Below the pieces are notes generated by a model that saw only the letters and a list, made by a program, of their open reading frames with translations, made no database searches and was not told where the DNA came from. A stretch of 64,000 nt of DNA from Oculina patagonica (Eukaryota): NCBI RefSeq assembly GCF_052425735.1, contig NC_135761.1, forward strand, positions 3,844,001 to 3,908,000, read 5' to 3'. This document shows, piece by piece, positions 13,501 to 24,190 of the stretch. Positions within the stretch are counted from its first letter, which is position 1. Each line of letters opens with the position of its first letter. The translations under genes were made by a program, and so were the position numbers.

Positions 13501-16429
13501 TCCTAGCTTCACACAGAAATTTCTCGAGAGTATTTACGTTGATGACTTGACCTCAGGCGACGGTGATGTGAATCGCACCTTTGAGCTTTATGTGAAGTCC
13601 AAATTGCGTTTGAAGGAAGCGGGATTCAATCTGCGAAAATTTGTCACCAATTCTGAAGAGCTGCGTGAGAGAATTGAGATAAATGAGAGGTCAGCTTCAA
13701 GGAGCGAAGAAGCTCAGCCGAAAGAGGCTGTTGGCAGGAGTCAGATTGCTGAGACAGTGATGGCAGATGGACACAAGGTTGAAGAGGAGGACATGACCTA
13801 CTCAAGGAGCATCTTGGGAACTCCAGTCATTGAAGACCCTGGCGAGCAAAAGATATTAGGAACCCTGTGGAACTTTCACAATGACAACCTCGTATTTGAT
13901 CTCACAGAGACTGCTTCCTTGGCAAGGAAAGTAGAGCCTACAAAGAGAAATGTGATCAGTACGGTGTCCAAATTCTATGATCCTCTTGGTGTTATTTCCC
14001 CAATCACTATCCAATTCAAAATCTTGTTTCAAGAGCTGTGCAAGGAAAAGAGGGACTGGGATGACCCACTAGAAGGTTCTTGCAAGTCAACCTGGCAAAG
14101 ACTTGTGGCCCAACTACAGGATGTAAAACCCTTCACCCTTCCCAGATGCTATTACACCGACATAGAAGGGGAAGTTGTCACGAGTGAACTTCATGGGTTC
14201 TGTGATGCATCTGCAAGGGCGTATGGGGCGATTGTCTATCTGCGCATTGTGACCACACATGGCAACTACATCAGATTTGTAGCTTCAAAAACACGAGTAG
14301 CCCCTCTCTCTAACCAGACCATACCGCGCTTAGAACTGCTGTCGGCCGTCGTTCTCGCTAGACTGATGCGCAGCGTTAAGGAAGCTCTTACTTCTGAGAT
14401 AGAGATTAGCAAGTTGGTGTGTTGGACCGACTCAAAGGTAGCCTGGTATTGGATTGTACAGAGTGCAAAGGAGTGGAAACAATTTGTGCAGCATCGGGTA
14501 GATGAGATAAGGAAGCTCGTACCTGCAGAGTGCTGGAACCATTGCCCTGGTTCAGACAACCCAGCGGACATACTCTCCAGGGGTATGGGTTCTCGTGAAC
14601 TAGCGGCTAGTACCTTATGGTGGAATGGGCCAAAATGGCTAATTGATCCTGAGGGGTCTGAGGAAACAAACAAGTTTGACGAGGAGTTGCCTCCAGAGGA
14701 GTGTCTCTCAGAAATGAAAGCAAAGGATCGAAAGGCGGAGTTGGTTGGAGACCTCTCTGCATTAACTGTGAACAGTCAATCGACCTCACTGGATAATGTC
14801 ATTGATTGCAGAGCATTCAGCTGCCGTGAGCGCCTCCTACGGGCCACCGCTCTGGTTTTCAAATTCATCAGGCTTCTGAAGGCGAAACGTAGAGGAACTG
14901 ACGAGAAGCCAGAGGTAACCAGTGCAGACATTGAGGAAGCGGAACTGTGTTGGATAAAGGAAGTTCAGCGATCGTTGAAGGATAAGGACAAATTCAGGTC
15001 TTTGAAACAGCAGTTAAACTTGTTCGAGGATGAAAGGGGAGTTGTGAGATGTCGAGGGAGACTCGGAAACTCTGATCTGGCGGATTCTGCAAAGTACCCC
15101 ATCTTACTTGATGCCAAACATCATCTTACCACCCTCACTGTTTGGAGCTGTCACAGGAAGGTCATGCATGGAGGTGTTAAGGAGACACTTGCTGAACTGA
15201 GATCAACCTTTTGGATTGTTCGAGGTCGCTACTTCATCAGAAAGTTGCTGTTTGGCTGTACAGTTTGTAAGAAGTTCCAAGGGAAACCCTACAAGACACC
15301 ACCTCCTCCACCCTTACCTAGTTGCAGAGTTAAGGAGGCCCCTGCATTTACCTACATCGGATTGGACTATGTTGGCCCCCTCTATGTGAAATCTACAAGT
15401 GAGAAGGACCGAAAGGTGTGGATTTGTTTATTCACATGTTGCATAACAAGAGCAGTGCATCTTGAGGTTGTTCCAAACCTAACTGCCCAAGCATTTTTGA
15501 GGTGCTTTAGAAGATATGTTGCTCGTAGGTCAATGCCTTCCTTTGTGATATCAGACAATGCTAAAACCTTTAAGAGTGCCTCCAAGGAACTCGAGAAGAT
15601 AATGAACGACCCCAGTGTGACAAGGCACTTCACCCAAGAGAGGATAAAGTGGTCATACAATCTGGAGAAGGCCCCATGGTGGGGAGGTTTCTATGAACGA
15701 TTAGTCAAATCACTGAAGAGCGGTCTCAAGAAGACAATTGGTCGAGCTAAACTCACACAGGATGAGCTTGTGACTGTCGTTGCAGAAGCCGAAATGATTC
15801 TAAATTGCCGACCGATCTCCTATGTCTCAACTGAAGATCTAGAAGAGCCCCTCACTCCTGCCCATCTTATCATTGGCCGGAGAATCAACGCTCTTCCTGA
15901 GGTAGACAGCCCACAAGATGAAGACTTTGGAATTTCGCAAAATGACTTGAGTAGGAGAGCAAGACATCTAAACATGATTCTGGGCCATTTCTGGAAGAGA
16001 TGGAGAGCAGAATACCTACTTGAGCTAAGAAATGCCCATTGCCGAGTTAAGAGAGCAATTGGATCGAGTTTGGTCTCTGTAGGTGACCTGGTTTTGGTCC
16101 ATGATGAAGGACATCCGAGATCCCATTGGAAATTGGGTAAAGTGGAACGGATCCTGACAAGCAAGGATGGACAAAATCGAGGTGCTGAGGTCAGAGTCAA
16201 AGCGAAGAAGTCAAAGAGAACGAGTCTCTTGAGAAGGCCCCTACAATTACTGTACCCACTGGAAGTGAGCTGTGCTGCCAGTGAAACCGCCCAGCCGGAG
16301 CCAGTACTAGAACCGCGAGAGCAGTCAGCACGAGGGCTAGTGAGAGGAAACCGAGAACGGCGTAAGGCCGCAGTTGAAGGAGAACGATTAAGACGAAGGT
16401 GGATTGCAGAATTGCAAGATGAACAATGA
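10559..16429 (+). CDS. Bel/Pao Gag-Pol polyprotein (1956 aa)
   Basis: LPKLELKKFDGD (DUF1759-like gag), CCHC-type knuckles, protease ILDSGS, RT YVDD, RNase H FCDAS/WTDS, integrase H-H-C-C plus GLDY/SDNA/WWGGFYE, FWKRW tail. Confidence 0.95.
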   Translation: MAEELSRKRRTRGGHRSTATRIITSAIEVLATGDLSEIAKHAVKLNQQKASLQAKRTTLRQLDMEILALVDEEEIEAEIERADLVEENIQLAIANIDHALSSNVNTNGVVANLPAQPNVPASTPTEEGPVRAPEGQNENGSSPPSALGQNGNGSSPPSVSGQNENDSSPPSASGQNENGSSPPSASGRNENGSSPPSASGQNENGASPPSASLADSSASTPIKTQVKLPKLELKKFDGDHSKWISFWDTFEASVHKNESLSAIDKFNYLISRLERSAAEAISGLTLTASNYDEAIEILKGRFGNKQQIINRHMEILLNLDTVTSHLNMRSLRKLHDTVESNVRSLKSLGVPRETYGGLLSSILMIKLPQDFRLVITREMGNDDWQLDQLLAIFKRELEARERAGAPSVNGNQSLPPKPPNKNKKDPGTTHSLFNGNAYGPTCTYCRGKHPSKDCKTVIDVLARKDLLKKYGRCFVCLRKDHISRNCPSKSKCHKCNGRHHDSICQSNFNVVPPTYPAPTVSTPVPEQQGLTVQPGTNSVVCYSNSSTPVLLQTAQAIVYNPQRPECKVKARIILDSGSQRTYLTDNLKNILQLPVLERKQVSIKTFGSTDERVEFVEVASLGIELKGGPNLSLSAFTVPLICQPLQGQSVEQVVNDNVCFSGLSLADYCAEGETLNVDILVGSDYYWNLVTGHTIRGTQGPTAIHTKLGWVLSGPVCHGDPGSQQSSNLVETHILKCATDEVPYEGLQGELKKFWDLESLGIKTPSIHEEFLEKLTYRGDHYQVHLPWKATHPPLPDNYELSQRRLSSLLSRLRKEPDILREYDSVIKDQIERGIVEVVDKEAKPESDRIHYIPHHAVIRRDKSTTKLRVVYDASARSNGASLNECLHAGPPLAQNIFDIMLRFRSYRVALVGDIEKAFLMVHIAEEDRDVLRFLWVKDIDKAEPEVVVLRFSRVVFGLSSSPFLLNATIQHHIGQYEQCDPSFTQKFLESIYVDDLTSGDGDVNRTFELYVKSKLRLKEAGFNLRKFVTNSEELRERIEINERSASRSEEAQPKEAVGRSQIAETVMADGHKVEEEDMTYSRSILGTPVIEDPGEQKILGTLWNFHNDNLVFDLTETASLARKVEPTKRNVISTVSKFYDPLGVISPITIQFKILFQELCKEKRDWDDPLEGSCKSTWQRLVAQLQDVKPFTLPRCYYTDIEGEVVTSELHGFCDASARAYGAIVYLRIVTTHGNYIRFVASKTRVAPLSNQTIPRLELLSAVVLARLMRSVKEALTSEIEISKLVCWTDSKVAWYWIVQSAKEWKQFVQHRVDEIRKLVPAECWNHCPGSDNPADILSRGMGSRELAASTLWWNGPKWLIDPEGSEETNKFDEELPPEECLSEMKAKDRKAELVGDLSALTVNSQSTSLDNVIDCRAFSCRERLLRATALVFKFIRLLKAKRRGTDEKPEVTSADIEEAELCWIKEVQRSLKDKDKFRSLKQQLNLFEDERGVVRCRGRLGNSDLADSAKYPILLDAKHHLTTLTVWSCHRKVMHGGVKETLAELRSTFWIVRGRYFIRKLLFGCTVCKKFQGKPYKTPPPPPLPSCRVKEAPAFTYIGLDYVGPLYVKSTSEKDRKVWICLFTCCITRAVHLEVVPNLTAQAFLRCFRRYVARRSMPSFVISDNAKTFKSASKELEKIMNDPSVTRHFTQERIKWSYNLEKAPWWGGFYERLVKSLKSGLKKTIGRAKLTQDELVTVVAEAEMILNCRPISYVSTEDLEEPLTPAHLIIGRRINALPEVDSPQDEDFGISQNDLSRRARHLNMILGHFWKRWRAEYLLELRNAHCRVKRAIGSSLVSVGDLVLVHDEGHPRSHWKLGKVERILTSKDGQNRGAEVRVKAKKSKRTSLLRRPLQLLYPLEVSCAASETAQPEPVLEPREQSARGLVRGNRERRKAAVEGERLRRRWIAELQDEQ
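10961..11194 (+). repeat. In-frame 39-bp tandem repeat x6 (GQNENGSSPPSAS)
   Basis: ggtcaaaacgagaatggttcctcgcctccaagtgcttca units. Confidence 0.9.
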
Positions 16430-17627
16430 ACATTGAACTATTAAGTTTACTATGAACGTTGAACATTGTTTGTTGTGTTTTCATATTTTTTCTTGTTCGC
16501 TAATCTGAGGACAGTTTGTCTATTAAGGCTAGTTTGATCAGTTGATTTCAACAGAGTGAACTGTTGACCATTCTATCATGGTCAACCGGGGGGAGTGTAC
16601 GCGATGACGTAATTGTCATGGGACCGAAAGTGTTTCTGGGACATGTTGAATGTTGTTCTTTTGTATGAGAAGCCATATTGAAATTTCGTACGAAGTGAAT
16701 CCTTCGAATCCTTGTAATCCTCGTGATATTGAGTCTGAGACAGCTGTAATCTTAAGGAGCAGAGCCTATAGAATCCAGAATAAATACAGTCCAGAAGGAA
16801 TTCTTGTACAATCGGACAACAATATTTTTTGTGAGTTCGATTTCCGAACCAAATCGAACGAAATCGAATTAAGCATTCAATATTAAGTTCGGAAATCGCA
16901 TTTTTAGCTAAAATTTAAAATAACGAAATTGAAACCTAATGAGCGAGTAACAAGTTAATGGTTAATTCCTTAAATGGTTTTGGAATAAGTGACTGGACAC
17001 GGTATCGTATAATGTTTGTCTTTTATTTGATCCTAAAGAAACAAAACATAATATTCGAGCAATGTAATACGCCAGGGAATACATAGTAAGCCACATATAA
17101 AATCGTATGAGGGATCCAATTATAAATACTCAAATACAACCCCCGGTGTATCGGCGTATCGTATCAAGTGAAAACCGTATTTTAGAATAACATTTTGCGA
17201 ATTAAAACTTTATATGATTAAACAATATACCGGTATAGCATTGCACATGGAGATGAAGGTGCATGCCGTATGTGACATGTTTTAACCGTAATTTTATTGT
17301 TGTTTAATAGTGACAGAAATATAATTTCTCCATTTTGATATAAAAAGTATGGAAATAAAGGAAACATAACTTTAGATGGCTGGATAGATTGATTGACGTA
17401 TTACCCGGGCATTTATCCCCGTGATCATTATATGAAGGAAAACTGGACATTCGCTAGATTCAGATCATATCGTCTGTCATACGACGTGAGCCGCTCACTT
17501 TGGTGTCGTTCGACGACCGAACTAAATCGAATGTCATCGGACTTTATCGAGCGTTCGATTTGGTTCGATTTGCATTTATTTTTTGTGAGTTCGATTTCGT
17601 ACGATGACCGAACAAAATCGAAATTTA

Positions 17628-18517
17628 CCGTAAAGACTCGTGTATAAGCCGCACTCGTAGATAAGCCGCACCCCCAACTTTGAAGCTTGATTTTGAGAAA
17701 AAATAAAAACTTAAAAACTTGAAATCCCAATATCCTTTAAAAAGGATGCTCGTTTGACGATGAAAAAACGATGAAATTTGAATGGAAATAGTATGAACAC
17801 AACAGATTGAGAACGATAGAAAACGATTGCTTAGTAACCACACAGTCACTTAAAGAGAGAAGTCTGGGGTCGAGTCATGTTCGATCGTTCGGTCCGGTAA
17901 ACAACATAGAAAAGCCGTCACTGAAAGTTCGATTTCTAAACATGTCTGCTGTGTGTTGATAAAAAGTTGTTGCTCAATGGGAGTTTAGCAAATTCGCTTT
18001 TTTCACGATCCCATAATACATCTTGTTTACCCCCCAAAATGTTTGCATAAGCATTGTTTTCAATTTCTCTTGGGACGATTGTACGTCATTGTAAATCCCA
18101 AGAGAAATTGAAAACAATGCTTATGCAAAAATTTTGGGGGGTAAACAAGATGTATTATGGGATCGGTGAAAACAGCGAATAGGCAGCTTTGTGGAGGAAT
18201 GGAGATTCCATGTCAGCTCAAGTGTAGCTGCTCAAACAAGGTGCAAAGAAATCGTTTGAAAGAACAACTGACGAACAATTCGGGACTGAGGCATAAACGG
18301 CTTCTTTAGGGGCCAGACCTTTTACCAAAAGCAATGATCGACAACAGTGGGTTTCAATATGTTAAATATTTATTTACTCTATGTTTTTAGTGCTTTTTCT
18401 GTCCCCAGACTGTATTTTACACCCCTCAAAAGCAATGGTCTCGTAGATAAGCCGCACCCACGATTTTGAGCCCAAAATTTCAGCAAAAAAGTGCGGCTTA
18501 TACACGAGTTTTTACGG
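17628..18517. mobile_element. Tc1/mariner-pogo-type MITE (TA TSD)
   Basis: TA|CCGTAAAGACTCGTGTATAAGCCGCAC ... GTGCGGCTTATACACGAGTTTTTACGG|TA. Confidence 0.75.
17992..18180. mobile_element. ~190-bp hairpin MITE nested in the previous element
   Basis: ~85-bp arms (gatcccataatacatcttgtttacccccc / ggggggtaaacaagatgtattatgggatc). Confidence 0.7.
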
Positions 18518-19115
18518 TAATTGTTCGACTAAGTTCGATTGTGTTCGATTGAGTTCGAAAACCGAACGTTCGATGTGATACGCCGGGAATTAAGAGACGC
18601 TTCAGTGGAATTTTATAGTTATTGACTGTACGTTTGCCTTAATCTGAATGACTACTCTAGCTATTTTCTCAACTTTCACACGGATGCGCAGTGCCTTTGG
18701 TATTCTCGCTCTACACATGAGCGTAACATAATGCATCAAGGATGCATACATGTACGGATGTTCGGTATGTGCAAAAATTCATATCGACAGTCCAACTTAT
18801 TTATGATTTATCCATAACAAAACCTCTGCCCAGGCATCTGCATTTAACTGCTTATTTAATGCTTTCCACTCACCTTCCAATGTCTCTGTGTTTTGCGGGC
18901 CAAAGAGCTTTACAAATACAAAATCTTGTGTTCACCTTGAGCTCGTTTGCTTCCACACAGGCACACACAACGAAAACGAAACCGACTTCCGGGATGGTCC
19001 TCGATGGTCCTCATGCCCAGTTTTGCACGGTCTCTGGAACTCCATTTATGGCGCCCTTATAGGTCCCTCTCTAAAAGCCCCCTTCTCCAGTATGATTAGC
19101 GACTTTAAACTTCAC

Positions 19116-19296
19116 ATATTACAGCAAGGCGCCAAAAAGTGTGACCACCTTTAATTAATTCGCATTCTTTCGTGCAACCACCATCCAATCAGAAGCCAAG
19201 GACAGGTTCCAGTTGACTTCTGATTGGATTAAATCTGCACGGAAGAATGTGAATAAATTAAAAGTGGTCACACTTTTGGGCGCCTTGCTGTAATAT
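19116..19296. mobile_element. Hairpin MITE
   Basis: Inverted arms TATTACAGCAAGGCGCC..GTGTGACCAC / GTGGTCACAC..GGCGCCTTGCTGTAATA. Confidence 0.65.
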
Positions 19297-19769
19297 ATAA
19301 ATTTACGCAAGCCTGAGAGCGAAGATTCACGGTATAGTTATTTATTTTTGACTTGTAGATAACCACAATAACTTTAATCTTGAATTGTGGGACTGGGGGG
19401 GGGGGGGGGGAGGGGGGGGATCAGGCCATTTCCGAGTTACCCTTTGCCTCTGTTTCAAAACGAGTCCTCGTGCGAAACCATTCATATGAAAATGAGTTTC
19501 TACTACTGTACTGGTCTATTTTCATGAAAATCAAACTCATTTTCTGGAAATACATTTTTCGACAGAGCATCTGTCATCTTCAGTTTAATGGTTTACAAAG
19601 CACAGAGAGTTGAATAATAAGTAGACAAAAAATGCCAATTAAGACAAGTAGTAACAACAGAACGTGAAAATGTGTGAATTAGAAGGATAATTTTAGATTT
19701 ACATGGTGTAATTACTGATTGAGGCAAGGTAGTTCCTTTTGAATATAGAAAGCCTTCTAAGCAAGCACC

Positions 19770-19860
19770 TCAAGTAATCAAAGTATCTCGAGTAAGCAAA
19801 GAATCTCAAGTAAGCAAAGTATCTCAAGTAGGCGGAGTATCTCAAGTAAGCAAAGACTCT
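19770..19860 (+). repeat. 18-bp minisatellite, ~5 copies
   Basis: caagtaagcaaagtatct-like units. Confidence 0.7.
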
Positions 19861-22800
19861 CGGGGTACATTATAAATACCATATATGAAGTACCTAGCCT
19901 CAACGGTCCCTGGCGCAGAGTAGAGGGATCGCGGCCTCTGAGGACGAGATTGAACCCTGAATGACGAACTTTTTGAAGTTTTACTTCCGGCCATTTTTAT
20001 TGTTTTTCAAGCCAATCAGATTCGATGCTGCAACGGAACTTTCGAGAGTCGCTCGTTTTGTCAAGCTTGCGCAGTAAGGAACGGAGATTCGAGGTACGAG
20101 AATGTTACTGCGCAAGCAGGTCAAGGAAAACGAATACCCTGGGTACGAGGTTGAAGACGGACTGAACAAATTTTTCAGATTTTGGGACTCGCCTTCGGAA
20201 GCTCCCTATTACGCAGCCAGCATCTGCATGAATACATCCATGCCATAGCCACTGCTCAACCTTGGATCCGCGGGACAAAAAAAAAAATACGTTTTCGACC
20301 GACTTCCAAAAATGTGTAGACAGGGAGGCAAGGTTGCAACGACATACCGTAAAATGTCAGTTTTATGCATGTCCATCACCGTTTATAAGCCCCCTGGTTA
20401 TTGGCCCATCTGATCTCTCTACTTACCAAAAAATGTATTCCGGTTATTAGCCCCCTCCCCAGATATAAGCCCTCCGGCTATCCAACCGCCCTTCAAATAG
20501 AACTCAGAGTGGTTTTCTTACAATATCTCACTTAAAGACGTTTGTTGTCAAATCCACTTCGGCTTGTAAACACCTACCCGGAAATAAGCTGCCCCAATTA
20601 TAAGCCCATAAAAACCTTTTACGAAGTTGTATGTAGTTGTAACTAGTACTTCAACAGTATGCTAAAATGGCCAAAAAATATAAGGTATGTGTACCGTCTC
20701 TGCGTACACTAAGTGCCCTGTCGCCTACAGCTGATCTTGTGCCTCTACGCTAATATTGCAAAGTATTTTGTAACTGGAGTGGTTTTCCTTTCTCCAGACT
20801 GGAACGGCGCGGGGAAGGGGCGTGGGTGATAGTGGGGGGTGGGAAGGGGGGGGGGGGGAGGTGCTGGCAAAAACTGGCTTTAGCATTTTCAGATGGATCC
20901 ATATGCAATGATTGGTTGGGTTTTATAAAAGCTGGTGTTATATTTTGCCACATGCAGCATTAAAAACACGTATGGTTTACTGATAGTTGATTTATTTTAA
21001 TATGAGAGTCAGTATAATTTGATACTTTGGTCAGCACGAGAATTTGCGATATTTCTGCCACTTATCGACAACGTCCCGTTTTAAAATATTTTTATGGTTC
21101 TTGTTGCTAACATAAGCACAGGCCTTTAAAACCAGAGGATGCAGCTTGTTCTTTTTCGCCAAACAAATCAGTTGCCACGTTTTAACCACAAACCGAGTGA
21201 CAGACTCGATAAGATTAGATTGGGAACACTCCTTATACTGGAGTATTATGGACGGAAAACTCTTACACTTCGCATTGGATTGAATTGTCAGATGTAAGTT
21301 TGCCACTGAACTGATCGAAGTTGGTTATTCTCCACTTATCCGAGCCCTAGAACTCGCAAGGCTTTACGTGCTAAGGAATTCGAGTTGATTCGAGTAAAGG
21401 AACTTTTGAAACTAAGTGAGACGAAGACAAGTGTCACACAGGTGTGGCAACTAGTTCTTTCCGAGTTAATCGTGCATAAGTGCTTCTCACAGACGGGAAT
21501 TTTGCCAGTATAAGGAGTGCTCTGTTGTACTGTTTTTGAACACGAGGCTCAATATCTGACAAAGCAGATACCTAATGGTTGGAACGAGGACGCTCTTGTA
21601 TTTCCAAAAAATGTTTGCAAGAGATTATTAAGTTTTGAGAGAATTATACCATCATTTCTTTCCAGATTAGTTTTTGTTGAGTTTTTAAACCTTGGAATTT
21701 GGTAACTTTTCATCCAAACAAGCTGTGACTTGGTGACCTATTATGGGACTGACAAATCCCTTCTAGGTTATTGATTTTTGATGAAGTTTTGATTCGTATC
21801 CGCTGGGCCCCTTATCGTTCTAAACATTCAATACAATGTCATTTGTGACAGGAAAATAAGAATTCAGAGAAGCAGACAGCCCTTTATAAGTTTCACCTTT
21901 CAACATTACTTCAGTGCGAAGCAGACACGCATGCAGGGGGTGTTTCACCAGATTCTCAGAACTAACTTTAAAAGAGACGACCAGCAACCAGTTAGGAGAG
22001 TTAGCACTTTGATCTCAGAGTGAGGCTTTTGCGTCTAGCTCAATAATAATTACAATAATTTGTTAACATATAAGACTACCATTTCTTTTTGTTACAATTT
22101 TATTACAACACACCACATTAACAAGCAGCAAAATATTATTGTTCAGTTACTTTATCTCATTACATTTTATGTTAAGCTACTAGGAGATTTCAATCTACCT
22201 CCTCCTCTAAATATTCCCAACTGAATTCAAATACAATTGATTTTAACAAATACACAAACAGTATACAAATTCATTGTTTCTTAGTGATGCCTGAGAAAAA
22301 TTTTGGAATACATGTTAGCTATCGTACTATTATATCTAAAACTATGGTTAAAATAATTGAGTAAAAAATACACCTATACCCTGTATAGATTATACTACCT
22401 ACACCTGATAAGCTGCTTCGTTCACAAATTTACAATAACAAAGAAAGAAAAAGAAAATATTCAGCTAAGATTGTTTATGAAAAAATATATATCATATTTC
22501 TATTTCTCTAAAAATTCTATTGTTAGATAATTTTCTGATCGACATGTTATCGTACGGGTATGAAAACGTTTTCTACGCAATTTATTTTTAAAATACAATA
22601 TATTTCCTACAATATTTTTTCTAAAAGCCCTACACTATAAATTTTTCTTTTTTACGAAGCGTTTGAAATAAAAAATATACAATATTAACTGCAGCTTTTT
22701 AATAAAGAAAGTATTATTGGTAGAATATCTTTGCAAAAGTAAAAATCATAAAAATAGTCGCATATTCTTATTAAAGTTTGTTTAGCCGTATAAAATGGTC

Positions 22801-23474
22801 AATGTACGTTCCACATAATTCCACATAATGTTCTTCAATACAAACACACAACAACTAAATTGTCGACATCTGGATGTTTAAACAGAGTTTGAGTCCAGGA
22901 GAGATAGAGCATTAATCTTCGCAGGGATCATTGAACTATCTTACAAACTTGTGTTCTTTATACTTATTTGCGCTCTTTGATGCCTGATCACAATTCTTCG
23001 GGCACCATTTAATTTTAACATGGCTATACACCATGTGAGTCGTAATGGGAGAATGATCACTATGTTTTCGTCAAGTTTGATTTTTGTCATAAATTGTATT
23101 TTGAAGAACTTACACAATTACATAAATTTGTAAACCACAGTGTAATACACAATTTCAATAACGCTATTTAAAACAGATAAAACGATTTAAAGGATTGATG
23201 TACATTGGACAGCTGCAAAGAATGCGTAACAGGGGCTGAACCCAGCCACTGTTTACAAGACCGCGCTGGGCGCGACCCGAGATTTGGAAACATCGATTTG
23301 CTGAACGATTTACTTCAATTTATTTGGCCCTGTTTGGGGGATTGCATGCCCCCGGTCTGAATTTCAAACCTTATGACGTCGCACTTCGCTGTCGGAATTT
23401 CAAGTCTTGTCGGTTGTCGACATTTTATCGGCCTCCATGTCACTGTTACAATACCTTGTCGCTTGTCGCAGGGG

Positions 23475-23974
23475 NNNNNNNNNNNNNNNNNNNNNNNNNN
23501 NNNNNNNNNNNNNNNNNNNNNNNNNNNNNNNNNNNNNNNNNNNNNNNNNNNNNNNNNNNNNNNNNNNNNNNNNNNNNNNNNNNNNNNNNNNNNNNNNNNN
23601 NNNNNNNNNNNNNNNNNNNNNNNNNNNNNNNNNNNNNNNNNNNNNNNNNNNNNNNNNNNNNNNNNNNNNNNNNNNNNNNNNNNNNNNNNNNNNNNNNNNN
23701 NNNNNNNNNNNNNNNNNNNNNNNNNNNNNNNNNNNNNNNNNNNNNNNNNNNNNNNNNNNNNNNNNNNNNNNNNNNNNNNNNNNNNNNNNNNNNNNNNNNN
23801 NNNNNNNNNNNNNNNNNNNNNNNNNNNNNNNNNNNNNNNNNNNNNNNNNNNNNNNNNNNNNNNNNNNNNNNNNNNNNNNNNNNNNNNNNNNNNNNNNNNN
23901 NNNNNNNNNNNNNNNNNNNNNNNNNNNNNNNNNNNNNNNNNNNNNNNNNNNNNNNNNNNNNNNNNNNNNNNNNN
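23475..23974. other. Assembly gap (500 N)
   Basis: Run of N. Confidence 1.
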
Positions 23975-24190
23975 TGCCCCTGTTGTCGCAATTTAATGTT
24001 ACCTGAACAGATCCATGAAGCCGTCAGCTGTCATACATTGTAGCCTACACATATCATTTTTTAAGACTGTCCAAATACTTGAAAGATGACGTTAACCAAT
24101 ACTGGTATTGTACAAACGTGCACGCTAGCCATTGCCAATTTTACTCCGCAATATTGAATCGGAATATACTATTAATAAGTCGGACTCGTC

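Larger units (their letters stand above)
10236..16810 (+). mobile_element. Full-length Bel/Pao LTR retrotransposon 1
   Basis: 215-bp TG...CA LTRs (10236-10450, 16596-16810) with one mismatch seen; 6-bp TSD ATCGGA; PBS TGGCCTTAGGAGCCGGAT (tRNA-Tyr-like); PPT GGGGGGAG before the 3' LTR. Confidence 0.95.
10130..18587. mobile_element. Non-autonomous DNA element with CCCGG termini and 7-bp TSD, hosting a Bel/Pao element and nested MITEs
   Basis: TIR CCCGGC(A/G)TATCACA(C/T)CGAACG; AATTAAG at 10123-10129 and 18588-18594; empty sites (tcaattaagagatg) near 9495 and 61218. Confidence 0.7.

Noticed and set aside
10290-16886. Duplicated small ORFs MLFFCMRSH (10290, 16650)
   Set aside because: Chance ORFs within the two LTRs
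21950-23200. Possible LINE endonuclease remnant (SDHSPI on the minus strand)
   Set aside because: Single short motif in AT-rich degraded sequence; too weak to call
23324-24043. ORFs spanning the N run
   Set aside because: Artefacts of the assembly gap
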